Origin: Takakia lepidozioides
Taxonomy: Eukaryota > Plantae > Bryophyta
NCBI GenBank assembly: GCA_030704615.1
Contig: CM060731.1
Coordinates: forward strand, 14,012,001 to 14,076,000
Length of the DNA stretch: 64,000 nt
Direction: 5' to 3'
The translations under genes and the position numbers were made by a program. Positions 28,056-40,326 of the stretch are shown piece by piece. The notes under the pieces were generated by a model that saw only the letters and a program-made list of their open reading frames with translations, was not told where the DNA came from and made no database searches. How positions within the stretch are numbered: position 1 is the stretch's first letter; every line of letters begins with the position of its first letter.

Positions 28056-30668
28056 CTAATGGTAAAATAACTTGACAATAAGATCTCTGTGGCCGTCTTT
28101 GAATCTCTTGAGCATCAAGCTCTTCTCCCTGAGAAGATGCATGTACCTGGATCGGTGCCAATCGGCTGAACAATTTGGGCAGGAATCGCATTTTCAGTTT
28201 GTACAGACGCAAGTGCTGGATCATCCGTGAATGTAGAGAGCTGTACATCTGAACTTGGTGCTACAAGCTCAACTTGTCTGTGAGCTAGACTTTGCTCAAC
28301 AGTGTCGTTGTGTTCATCAAACAGTACATCGTTGAGTTCAGAAAGTTGTACACCTGAAATTGGTGCTACAGGCTCAATCTGTAAGTGCTCTGCAGTGTCG
28401 TTGTGTTCGTCAAACAATACATCCTTGCTCACAACAATCTTGGAAGAGGCTGCATCCCAAAAGCGATATGCTTTGCTGACGTCACTGTAACCAACAAATA
28501 TGCATCTCTTGCTTTTAGCATCTAGTTTTGAACGCAAAGCTTTTGGAATATGCACATAAACAGCACAACCAAAAAATCGAAAGTGAGCCACAGATGGACG
28601 CTTGCCAGTCCACGCCTCATATGGTGTGATCCCGTCAACTCAAGTTCCTATGCGATTCAAAACATGGATGGCTGTCTGCAAAGCTTCACCCCAAAACTAT
28701 AGTGGCAACTGATTAGAATGTAACATACTTCGTACGCTTTCTATAATGGTTCGGTTATCGCGCTCTGAGACAGCATTTTGTTCAGGCGTATACGGAGCGA
28801 TGAGTTGATGCTTGATTCCCTCTTCTTCAAGGAAAGTTTGAAATTCTTTTTTTATGTACTCTCCCCTCGATCACTTCGTAGGATCTGAATGCTATGGCCT
28901 GTCTCTCTTTTGTACTGATGCAAAGTTTGCTTGAAGCAATCGAAAGTGTCTGACTTATTCTTGACACAGTAAGCGATTCTATATGCAGTACAGTCGTCCT
29001 TAAACAAGACAAAATAACGTGCTCCTCCCAGGCTGTTGACACTCATCGGACCACACGCATCTGTGTGTACAATTCCTCCTGGCTTGCTCGCTCTTTCCCT
29101 CATTTCATTTATTGGAAACTGCTGTCTACGATTCTTTCCATAGGCACATCCCTCACAGAAACTCTCCTCTGATTTCTGGTTATTTATTTTGAGACCCTCA
29201 ATTGTCTCATCCGTAGCCATTTTCTTGATCATCCCAAAGTTAAGGTGCCCCAATCGACGGTGCCAGGTGTTGAGACTGCTACTAGTGCCCATTGCTTGAG
29301 CACTCATGCCATAATTTAGGCCTAGTACTGCAACATTCGCCTCACAGTTAGGAAGCACTACTTTGAATAGAAGTTTGTATAACTTACCATGTCGAACTCC
29401 TCTCATCACTGTTCTGCCATGTCCTCCCTCAGTGATAAGTAGACACTCTTCCTTCTTATTGACAGTAACAATATCCTTATCAGCTGCTTGACCAACAGAA
29501 AACAAATTCCGCTTCAGTTGTGGGACGTAAAGAACATTGTGAAGGATTCCATCCTCCCACTGATTGTTCACGTATGAACAGATATGAATGTCTCCGCCAC
29601 TCCTTATCTGGAACAGGTTTAAGATTTCGGAACCAGTGGCGTTTGTCCATCATGTGTTCTGTAGCCTCTCCATCGGCACACCACACAACATCATCTGTAA
29701 TGCATAGCGCCTTCTCTATGACACACGGCTCAAATGTGGTCATGAAAGCTGTATCAGACTTTTCCTTGTGATTCAAACTTTCTTTGTACTCACTTCTATC
29801 AGATGTGACTGTGTATGCTATCGAGCTCACAGTAAATGTATTGTTCCAAGTTTCTTGTTGAACTCCATCTCTGCTTCTTGATCTTTTTTTTTCTTTACTT
29901 CACATTCTCTCTCCCAGTGTCCAACCTTCCCACAACAGTTGCATGTAGTTCTCTTTTTCAACTCAGCTATTCGCTCTCTATGTTGCTGGCGCTGTTCATA
30001 TGTAAGAGATTGTCTACTTCCGCTGCTCCCACTGCTTCCTTGTCCTCTCCAACTGTTTCCTTGTCCTCTATGGCTTGAGAAAAAGGCTTTGTCACTTGTC
30101 TCATCATTATTACCTCTCATCTTCATCATAGACTCCTCCTTGAGAAGTCGCCCTTCCAAATTCTCAAGTGTCTGTTGTTCACACTGTCCCAGGCCGACGG
30201 GAGACTGCATATTACTTTTGTAATAATGGCCCTGTCGGTGGTTCTTTCACCTAGATCATTGAGCTGAGATGCCATTGACTCTATGGCACTAACATGTGTT
30301 GCGATGTCGTCTCCATCTTTCATCCTATAATCAAAAAATCTTTGCTGCAACACGTGAATGTTCTCACTCGTTCTTTGCTCATGAATTGTGACTAGTCTGC
30401 TCCACATTGAGGCTACCATTTCACAATTTATTATCTGTTGTAAATACTTCTTGTCAAGAGCTGTGCACAGATACATATTGGCTAGGTTATTCCGATCCTC
30501 CCACTCTTCATCGCTCACTACATTGTCTCTCGTCTCTACTCCAGTGACTATGCCCATAAGCTTCTTTGCTTTGAAGATGACTTGCATCTGAAATTTCCAT
30601 AGCTGGAAATTTTGCCCGTTGAACTTCTCTATATTCCCTAACTCTCTGACCTCTATTCCGCGACTCAT
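28056..30668 (-). pseudogene. Outer Copia gag-protease-integrase, frameshifted
   Basis: KFNGQNFQLWKFQM (gag), CNCCGKVGHWEREC zinc knuckle, WCADGEATEHM (degenerate protease), WHRRLGH..CEGC, HTDACGPM, ILRSDRG, GCAVYVHIPK..KLDAKSKRCIFVGY. Confidence 0.9.
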
Positions 30669-30694
30669 CGTAATCTATTCTTCCTCAGCAGTAT

Positions 30695-30708
30695 GTGGGC
30701 CCATAACC
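30695..30708 (-). promoter_or_regulatory. Primer-binding site of half-tRNA-iMet type
   Basis: Minus strand GGTTATGGGCCCAC immediately after the 5' LTR, as in Drosophila copia-type (hemivirus) PBS. Confidence 0.8.
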
Positions 30709-31141
30709 TATTGAAATCTGCAATATTTGAGAGCCAAGAAAACAAGACGACACCTATTTCCTTGCTTATTCAATAGACATAACAGTCACAATGCTCAATG
30801 CAATTTGGTATATACGCTTTTATGAAAGCTATTACTACAGATCTGCACTTCTTGAGCCAAGATATCATGTGTCCTATCTTCACTTTTGTATCTTCATTCT
30901 ATATCAAAGAATGCTCTAACTTACTCTGACATTGCAGCGGCAAGAAGAGACAGATTACATAGTAGCGGCGAGAGAGACCAAAAAACAGACTCCTAGAAGC
31001 ATTCCTAAATGTACAGATGTAATCTGGTGACGCGAGAAACTTGACAACCGCGCCCATTGCCAGCTCACTCTAGATTTAAAACAGGTCATTCCGATCGATC
31101 ATGACAAATGTCCACTGGTCGATCGATCAATATTTTCAATA
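30709..31141 (-). repeat. 5' LTR of outer Copia
   Basis: Direct repeat of 13740-14171; followed on the minus strand by PBS and gag. Confidence 0.92.
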
Positions 31142-31263
31142 GTTACCTACGTACACAGAGTGCATAAAGGTGAGATTGAAGCTATGTACTGGAACCCTCC
31201 TATCATCGTCACACGGGAATTCCTTAAAAAAGTTGGCGAAAGGGCCTTGAGAAAGAGGGCTGA

Positions 31264-31423
31264 GCGAGAGAGATGCCGCCCGGAGTGAGCTTGAATGAGA
31301 GAACCTCTTCCCGGTTTGGGTCGCAAGAGAAAGTGGAGAAACAAGGTGGAGCTTTTGATTGCAAGTCCAAACGTGGAGCTTGTTCCTCCAATTTTCTCTG
31401 GGGACCCACAATCCATGGTTGCA
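31264..31423 (-). repeat. Inverted copy of the repeat at 11593-11787
   Basis: Reverse-complement match to 11593-11787. Confidence 0.85.
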
Positions 31424-32144
31424 TGCATCACAGGGAAGCAAATGTTCTCCCGCGAGAAGTCTCGTAAGGGAGAGAAGAGAAGAGTAGTCTCATAAGGAAG
31501 AGAAAGCAGGAAGGAAACGGCTAGAGATGAACGGCATCCCAAACAGATGAAACACATCCACTCAACGGTCTCGAACTGGGTGTTGCCACGTGTACATACG
31601 GGAGGCTATTGGATGGATGGATGGATGGGAACTGTAAGTGGATGAAGTATGGATGTCGTAGTGACATAATGGATGAACTATGGATGAGGATGGGAACGGG
31701 TTAACGGTCTTCCACTTACCCGGACCGGGTCGCGGAGGCAACGAATGAAATCCGTCGACATGGCGGCAGGGCAGGAGTGAGGGCCCAAGTGTCGTGGAGG
31801 TACGGGATACTCGGAAAGTTCTGTCTGCGCGACGTGTGAATGCTCGACAGCGCATATGACATGTGGCTCGGCTCCTCGATCCAAGTGCCGGTGGGGCCTA
31901 GCTTAGCAAGTGGAGAGAGAAACTCCGAAAGAGGTGCAGGCCGTGCTGTTTAGTGTGTTTGAGAGATTGTGAGAGAATTAGAGTTGGATTTTGCAAGGAT
32001 TTTTGTTCTGAAGAGAGAGAGACAGAGAAAGGAAGAGAATTTGTAGCTGAGTGGTGGTTCAAATTGAGAGAGACGCAATCGTTGGATTACTGGGAGGTTC
32101 AGGAGGTGCTTTGGGTGGTGAATTTCGCTTGGTTAAGCTCAGAA

Positions 32145-35100
32145 ATGACGAAGAGGGCGCTCTTGGTGGGGTGCAATTACCCGGGGACTAAATGTGAGCT
32201 CAAAGGATGTGCGAATGATGTGAACCGTATGCGCAGGATGCTGGTGGAGAGATGCGGATTTCATAATGACGAAATTCTCGTACTTGTGGACAACGATCCC
32301 AGGAGCAGGCAGCCTACCGGAGCCAACATACGTTATTGTCTGGGGAATCTGATCCGAGGAGTTCGGCCTGGCGATATTCTGTACTTCCATTTCAGCGGCC
32401 ATGGAACACAGGTGCGTGTTTGGAAGCTCCTTATTGTCTTAAAGCGATTCAGTATCGTTGCCCCTGTAGCCGAAGTCCAGAGGTTGGCTCAAGAGGTTTT
32501 CTGCCATTCTTAGTTAATATGCTGTCCTTGAGGGGATTTAGGGTCTGCTATATAAAAGTTTCTCAACGAACAAACAGCCCCAAATTTTTAAAAGTTGCAC
32601 AGTTTCCACAAGTCGGGGGATTATTTGAGTCCCATTTTTGTGATTGCCTTTCTACTGCTGACATGCTGACCGAACTAACCTCCAGCAGCACTTGAGAAAC
32701 CATCAACATTCACAACGTCCCTGTCATCTTCTTTGCTATGTCGACTTCTACAAGCTTACTTTGTATCATGTGCAGCTTTGTCTACAGTTCATAGTCAACT
32801 TCCTTGATCCACGACAGATTGGGACCATGAATCATTTGATCAGTTCAATGAAGTGTTGGAAAATTGCCTGAAATGCTGATATGTGTCTAAAGTTGTCGGA
32901 CAACAAACTTCTGCCTAAGAAAATTGGCTACAGATGGATAAGCTTTGTCTGCTAGCACGAATCCCCATCTCCAAATTAGCCTTTGCAAAGCTGCAGGATG
33001 GTGCACCCAAAATGTCACAGTCACAACTACGGAGTATCCGGTTTCATTCCTTGAGGAATCGGTACATTTCTTCTGTATCTGACTAGACTAAAGGTGAATA
33101 CGTTAACAGGTGCCTCTAGAGATTGGTGAGGTGGACGACACGGGCTATGATGAATGCATTGTTCCGACCGACTTCAATCTTCTCACAGGTTTGGTCCTCT
33201 CTTTATCACATAACTTGGCTGAAGAACTAACCTACAGTTTTTTAATCCAACCAGGTTAAAGATCACATTAACGTTATATTGTTCATTCTTTGTTGAAATG
33301 ATGGCATAGATCACTTTGCTGGTGCCTCTCCTCTGGTAGCTGGTTGTGTTTGACTACAATCAGACAGTCGTTGGAACTAGCTTGCTTCTGCGTGGTTAGG
33401 AGTCAAACCCATCCTGTCAAACACTCGATTGTTACATCCACAAAGGTTCTGAGGGCGCATGAGGACACATGAGAGGGAGAAATGAAATGAAATGGTACTT
33501 TAGAGAGAGAATGAAGCAAAATTCATTGCATCAACAAGAAGCTTAAAGGGCACAGAGTTAGCAGAACCATAGAACTACTTTAGCACAATCTTGAGAGAAA
33601 GTGAGTAACTCCTTGAGTTTTTCTGTCTTCATTGATCACAGCCTTCTACTTTATCTTAAAATAATTCTCTCCATGTGGGCAGATGACGACTTCCGTGCAC
33701 TTGTCAATCGAATTCCACAGGGGGTTACCTTCACCTTTGTGGCTGATTCGTGTCACAGTGGTGGACTTATTGACCATGAAAAGGAGCAAATCGGGGGTGG
33801 ACCTGCGCCTGCTGTTTCTCGTCCCAGTTTTTTCTCAGGGTCAAGACCAGAACAGAGTGGGGGTGACACTGGTGGAGGATTGATGGGCTTAATAGCCCAG
33901 GGCCTGCAAGAATATGAGAAGGCAGAAGGGAAGAGTAAGTGGGGTGGCGCTTCACCTGGTATTTCTCGTCCCAGTCCTCTGTCAGGACCAAGACCAGAAC
34001 AGAGTGGGGGTGACACTGGTGGAGGTTTGATGGGCTTCGTAGCCCAGGGCTTGCAAGCTTATGGTGAAAAGAGTAAGCATGGTGGCTTGATTGGAAAGTT
34101 GGCTAAAGGACTTGGATCAGTTTTGACTGATCGAACTCAAGAGAGAGACCATGGTAATCCAGAAAGAGATAACGGAGGAAACAACCAAAGAGCCTATGTT
34201 AACCCAGAAAGAGCTTATGGTAGACAGGACGGGAGAGATGTGTATTCAGACGGACAGATTGGAGGTGATCATGCAAGGAGTTTCAGCTCCGAGGAAGGTG
34301 GTTATAATAGCGTTCAGGAGAGAGCACCCTATGACAGGCAAGTCTTTCTCAGCAACTCATCCTATCTATTTCTGTTACGTCTGTGCGGGTATATGGCCAC
34401 AAGGCTAAGGCAAACGAAGTCTCATGAGTACATTCTTTACCCCTGTCTTTGTCCTGTTTCTCTCCCCACACAAACATACGCACACACTCTGTAGCCTTAT
34501 TTCAAGTATTTTGGCATCCTGTGAGTTTTGGTCAGATTTCTGGAGCCTGATAAAAATGCAAGGGCATGTGACCCTGAGCCATGGCTAAAATGAACTACTG
34601 TATTATTTCTACATCTGTCTTCCTATTGTGGTGTGTTCCAAGGGTCTGGCAGCTTACAATTTTGTTTCTGACGTAGTTATGTCTGCCTGTGAACTGCAAT
34701 GGCAGAAATGAAGAGAGAGGTTATCTCAGTCCAGGACGAGGGCACGGCCATTATGATGGGAGAGAGGAAGAAGGGTTGGACCCTAGAGTAAGAAATGCCG
34801 AGAGAAGGGAGTTCACAAGGACCCCGTTTGAGTTTGAAAGAAGGGCAAAGGGCTACTATGACACAGGGAGTGCGCATCCTATACAGGAGCAGAGTGGCTA
34901 TGGTGGAATTGAACAGAGTGGCGGTGTTTACAACCAGCCCCAGGAGTCTGATGGAAGTCTAACAAAAAGGCCACAGGGGCAGTATGGCGGGGTGAAGGCA
35001 GGGGGTGCATTATACGAGCCAAGTGGCCATGGCACATATGAAGCAAGTGGCAGTGGTTACAACTATCCTCCTGAATATGATGGAAGAACAAAGCGGCCAG

Positions 35101-36257
35101 AGGGTTACCATGGTTGGATGGACCCAGGGGATGCACACCCTTTACATGAACCAAGTGGCTATGGCAGGGATAATGTGAGTAGCGGTGGCTACAACCAACA
35201 CCATGAATACGACCAAACAAAGAGACCAGAGGCCAACTATGATGAAAGTGGGCCATGGACCACACCTCCCCCGAATGCACCAAGTGGCTCTCAGGGATAT
35301 GCAGAGGGTGGAAGTGGTTACAACCAGCCCACTAAAGTTGATGGAGGAAATTACCAGGATAGAGTGAAAATCAAGTCTCTGGATATTGCAACACTCACTG
35401 AGATTTTGAGCCAGCGTGTGGGGCACAAAGTACAACTCGGCAATATCCGGACAACTATTTTTGATATATTTGGAGACCAGGCTAGCCCCATGGTGAAGAC
35501 CTTTGTGAGCATCATTGTTAACAAGCTCCAGGTCAGGTGCCTCCCCCTCTATGAAGGTGTATATTCTGAAACACTGTATTACTGTGGTCAACAACACTCA
35601 AGTTCCTCAATCCAAAGAGGTGTAGGTCCTAGCTTCTTTGATGCTTGAGGCTTCAGCTTCCAAAGCTTTTGGGTCTAAAACTTTTTGCATGGAAATATTT
35701 GCACAAGTCATTCCATGCGCACGGACCTTCTTCTTCCCAAAGATGGTGAATTACACCTCAAAAGGGACTCTTATTTGTTCTGAAAGCTGAATTCCAACAT
35801 TGGCTGGCTGCAGGAAGAAGGCGGGGGCGGGAGTTTGGGCACAATTGGGTCTCTGGCAGCTACATTTCTGAAGTTAAAACTTAGTGCCCAAAATGTTGAT
35901 AGTTCTAACTACTTGAGCCCTGCAGCCGGGGGAGGGAGACTACCAACTGCAAGCCAAGCCACCTTTGCTGGATACAACCCCCCCCAACAGTGGCAAGTGC
36001 CTAATGATGTAGGAATCCTTATCAGTGCATGCGAACCTGCTGAGAGATCTGCCGATGCCAATCCAATAGGCGATCCTCACTTTGCATATGGAGCTCTTAC
36101 TAATGCAATTCAGACCATTGTAGGTGAGAGCCGTGCTCCAGTCACAAACCGCCAGTTAGTTCTTGCTGCCAGAGAGCTGCTTAGGTCGCAAGGGTATAAA
36201 CAGCACCCCTGTTTGTACTCAAGCAACAAGAATGCTGATGCTCTTTTCATTTGTTAG
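32145..36257 (+). CDS. Type II metacaspase with expanded low-complexity linker (~756 aa, 5 exons)
   Basis: Exons 32145-32411, 33110-33188, 33683-34337, 34706-35531, 35814-36257 join in frame. Motifs [27 protein letters not shown] (catalytic His), [18 protein letters not shown] (catalytic Cys), [25 protein letters not shown]. Confidence 0.92.
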
Positions 36258-37727
36258 TGAAGATTTGCAGTCATTTGTAGGTACCAGCAACCTCATGGCA
36301 CTTTACTGTTCCATCAAACTGGATGACTAGGGTCCTGTAACATAGGCTTGAAACAGTAATTGAACAAGGTGTCTCCTTATCGTTCGTCTTTGTCCGCGGT
36401 TGGATCCTCAGGACCCCCCTCTATGGACAGTAGGGAGTTTCATCCTATTCCTTTGTAACTTTTTCCTCTCTGCTGTTTTTCTAGTTTGTCACATGGGCCC
36501 CAGGACTTTGTGCAGCAGATCAATAAATTTCTCGTCTACTGGGTTTTTTGCAGTTGTACTTGTTGTGCCCCCCTTTCCTGTGGTCAAATTTGGCATCCAA
36601 TTGGTATCATGTGAGGAAGAGCTCTCCTTTGAAGAAAGCTGGAACCTGATAACAAACTGCCATTACAAAGGAAGTTGCTAGTAGAGCATTCTTCAGCACC
36701 AGTTAGTGATCCTGTCTGTTCTTCATTTCTTTGCTGCAGACAGGCCCAAAACAAGTGCCAGCAGCCTCAGCAGCTAGCAAACCTGCCCCCGCCAACCTGT
36801 GGCGAGCCAATATCCTGACTAGGATACAGTGCCAGAAGCACTGATGCAGTGCAAGACATAAGGAGGATTATGTGAACACTTGCAATCATACTCAAGAACA
36901 TCTCAGGGCCAGTTGTATTAAGATAAAATCCTATATGCTGTAACACTTCAGTCAGCTCTGACTGCCACAGTTCTTGAAAACCGGATTGATGGCCTGGTGG
37001 CCCTTCTTCTGTTCCTTATCTGAGGAGCCTACCTGCCATTGACCCCCAAGCTGTGCTCCAAGCCACATTGCCCGGTACATGAAACCTGACCAAAGCACAG
37101 TACTGCAATCTGTTCCAGTCAATCCACTCCTACTCGTCAGAAGGGAAGATTGGGACCAAAGCCTATTATCCTTTACCACTTGCCTCTTTCTGCTTGCTTG
37201 GTCTACCCTGCTCTGAGGGCACCCGCTGATCTCATCTGCATCTGCTATGTCTCCTGTGTCTGTATATCAAATCACACCGGTAATAGTCCCATCACCCACT
37301 CGCATCTACCCCTTATTTCAGATTGCCCATTTCCAGCATCAAAACCAACCGGCCTGTTCGGGGGGAAGGCCTCTACGGAAACAGATGTCACCAAAACCAA
37401 TCGAGCAAGCTAGCATTACAGGCACGTCCTAACGAGTGCAAAAGATGCGCTACTCCTTGACCAAGAAACTAAACTGAACTTACGTAATCCAGGGCAGATA
37501 CCCAGTTCCAAACCCTTGACTTCCCTCGAGTGTAAGAACGCTGGGCCTATGTGCACCATCATGCTGGATACTTGGCGCACTCGATACTACAACCATTCCA
37601 GATTCCCAATACAAACAATCTGTCTCGTCCATGGTGGTACAATTCGCTACTGTAGGGTTCACCTCCGCAGACGCGACCGCTTTCACATTGTGCAATGTGC
37701 CCACGTACTAAAACTCACGAGAACAGA

Positions 37728-38117
37728 TCATACCAACGGAGAGGGAGCCACAGACGCGCTAAGGTAAGCTCCTGCCTTGCGAGGCACAAACATGATGACG
37801 CAAACTCCAGCCAGTGCGATGGCACTACCTATGTAGTCCCAACGATCAGGCCTCTCACCATCGAACGCCCAGCCCCAGAAGAACGAGAGAGCGATGAAGA
37901 ATCCCCCATACACCGCGTAGGTGCGACCAAACACCTGGTCTTGGAGCGTGGGAATTATTCCATAGATTACGAGCACAACGCTTCCGAGCAAGAAGAAGCC
38001 CCAGTGCCACCCCTCTTTTCTCCATTTCCACACCAGCCAGCCCCCTCCGATCTCACATAACCCCGCTGCTATGAAGAGTGCGATGGATCTCAGCACTGCG
38101 GCCACATTGTAGTGCAT
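37728..38117 (-). CDS. ynfA: YnfA/UPF0060 family small 4-TM membrane protein (SMR/DMT superfamily), intronless
   Basis: LFIAAGLCEIGGGWLVWKW, FGRTYAVYGGFFIALS, DGERPDRWDYIG..GVCVIMFVPR are YnfA signature segments. Confidence 0.88.
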   Translation of the reverse strand: MHYNVAAVLRSIALFIAAGLCEIGGGWLVWKWRKEGWHWGFFLLGSVVLVIYGIIPTLQDQVFGRTYAVYGGFFIALSFFWGWAFDGERPDRWDYIGSAIALAGVCVIMFVPRKAGAYLSASVAPSPLV

Positions 38118-38977
38118 CCCTCCCTCCCTCCCTCGGCTTGTGGGTCTCTCCTGCTCGGTGAATTGGTCGGAGAGATCAAGATTGCATCTTTGAGGATCGT
38201 AAACACGTATAGATTTCTCTCATGAAGATCGCCCTCGTCAAGACCTCGCTCGAATCACTCATCACAATAGCAAAGGAATCTCCACTTTTGCACTTTCCGT
38301 CCCCGTCCGTTGCCGTCGGGTAAGGAGTTGCTAGACCCCACCACACTTTGGGCTGCAATGTTATTCGTTCGACCGCAGTTCTTCATACATGTATGTCCAA
38401 AACACAGTATGTCAATCCAGTTACAGTCCTCTTCTCTCAGTCTCCTCCCTCTCCTCTTTTTGCATGTTTTCTCCTTCATCAAATCTACAACTGCCTTTGT
38501 GCTTCAGTGAACTCTGTTGCTTGATATATGGCTGTAACAGTTGCAGATAAAATCATGGCCAATGTCACTTACATGTTTTCCTGGTTTTATGATCCTCCAT
38601 GGATAGATTCGCATATACCAACTCCCAAGCTCACAGGTTCATCTCTAGTCAAGATTATTCCTCCTTCATGTTGGCGATTGTACCTTATAAGATTTACATT
38701 CAACTGAAGAATTGTGCAACAGTCCTTGAATATATATACAGAGTATTCCACAGAACGGTGGACACGTTTCTCCCATGGCAAGGTATACACGTATCTTCCA
38801 CAGTAAGGTGTACACGTTCTTATACTAATATAAGCCTGCATTAATACTTGAACAGATATCTATGACGGTTAGTTGGATAAGCAATGAGCACCCCCTCTTG
38901 CTCTCAGATCCTAGTGGGTGAGGTTAGCAAAGGTTTGATGCCTAATTCTTCTCTATTGTTTACATAACGTAGGTAAG

Positions 38978-39572
38978 CTAGAGGCTTAGGAGAAAATCTG
39001 CCTGTTGTACTGAAGTAGGCCGTAATCTACTTCTTTCAGCCAGTCTAATACATGACTGATTGTCACTATATAGAGGAGTAGGTTTATACTGGCTTATATT
39101 TAGTTCTGCAAATAGCTTATGTAAGTAAAGAATGCAAGCTGCGGCATCTGAAAGAACCGTGTATTCAGCGTCTGTGGTTGAGAAGGATACTACCTCTTGC
39201 AATTTGCTTGACCAATGGATAGTGGAATCACCTAGTTTGTGTATAATACCCGATGTTTGAACGTCTCGTGTCGAAGTCGCGTCCCCAATCAGCGTCAACA
39301 AATGTGAAATAAGCTTCATCCCCCTTGCAAGAAAGATGTAGTCCAAAATCAATGGTGCCTTTCGAATATTTAAGGATCTGTTTGGCCGCTTGTAGAGTTC
39401 GTTCATGTATCTGTTCACACAACTTACCACAAAACAGATGTCTGGTCTTGTATTGGTCAAGTATATCAAACTGCCCACCAACAATTTGTAAAACTCCAAG
39501 TCTACTCTTCGGGTGCCCATTTAGTTCTGCAATTGTACTCCAAGATCGATTGGTATTTTTGTTGGTAGACAA
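38978..39572 (-). pseudogene. Copia RT/RNase H remnant
   Basis: YKLLVGSLIYLTNTRPDI, FVDADWGRDFDTRRS, IHWSSKLQEVVSFSTTDAEY, LYSDNQSCI, with frameshifts. Confidence 0.85.
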
Positions 39573-40326
39573 TTGCTCATTCCATACCTTTGTGGTAAGT
39601 TAGGCGAGATTAGTTATGCGCCGGGTTTTGAAGTAGGCGATGACAAGTCTTTTCAGTTTAGGGTATGAGACATCAAATTGGAAGGCGGCAACGACGCAAT
39701 GGCGTGAGCGTTGCACGTGAGCGCGCGAGCGTACGCTCACGCAGGAGTGACGTGGCGTGAGCGTACGCTCACGCCAGCTGACGTGGCGTGAGCCTGCACA
39801 CATGCTGACGTGGCGTGAGCGTCATGTCAGCATGCTGATGTGGCGGTAAATGATGACGTGGCACTGTCCGTCAGCATTAACATGCGCCGCCTATAACCGT
39901 GGATGGTCCTATGACCGTGGAATTAATGCAGGGAATCTTGCCTAAATAGAATCAAGACGAGCGTTGAGGCCTACAATTGCAGCATCCAACATTGTGCAAT
40001 TACAAATGTTTGTTTCACTTTTACAATTACGAAGACGACAAAATATCCTCACAAAGTGTGCGCCATAAAGGCTGCCACGAGAAGACTTCTTCCCTCCTCA
40101 AATAACAATGAGAGTTATGATCATCTTCAAAAGATGATTGTAGTGCATAGCGACAGCAAGACATGTAGACTTCGAAAGGTGCAATGACAAATGTGCACTA
40201 CCTAAAAGTTGTCACTCAGACCTCACTCCGTATAGTTGGAGGCCATATCATTGCACAGCCGACGAATTGATGTGAATTACACATTTCAAATCATGGTCAT
40301 CCACATACCACATTACATAGTTCATG

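Larger units (their letters stand above)
13740..31141 (-). mobile_element. Ty1/Copia LTR retrotransposon (outer element of a nested stack), degenerate, RT/RNase H not found
   Basis: Two ~430-bp LTRs (13740-14171, 30709-31141), 5-bp TSD GTTAC (13735-13739, 31142-31146), PBS next to the right LTR, PPT (minus GGAATGGGAG) next to the left LTR, gag-protease-integrase on the minus strand. Confidence 0.92.
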
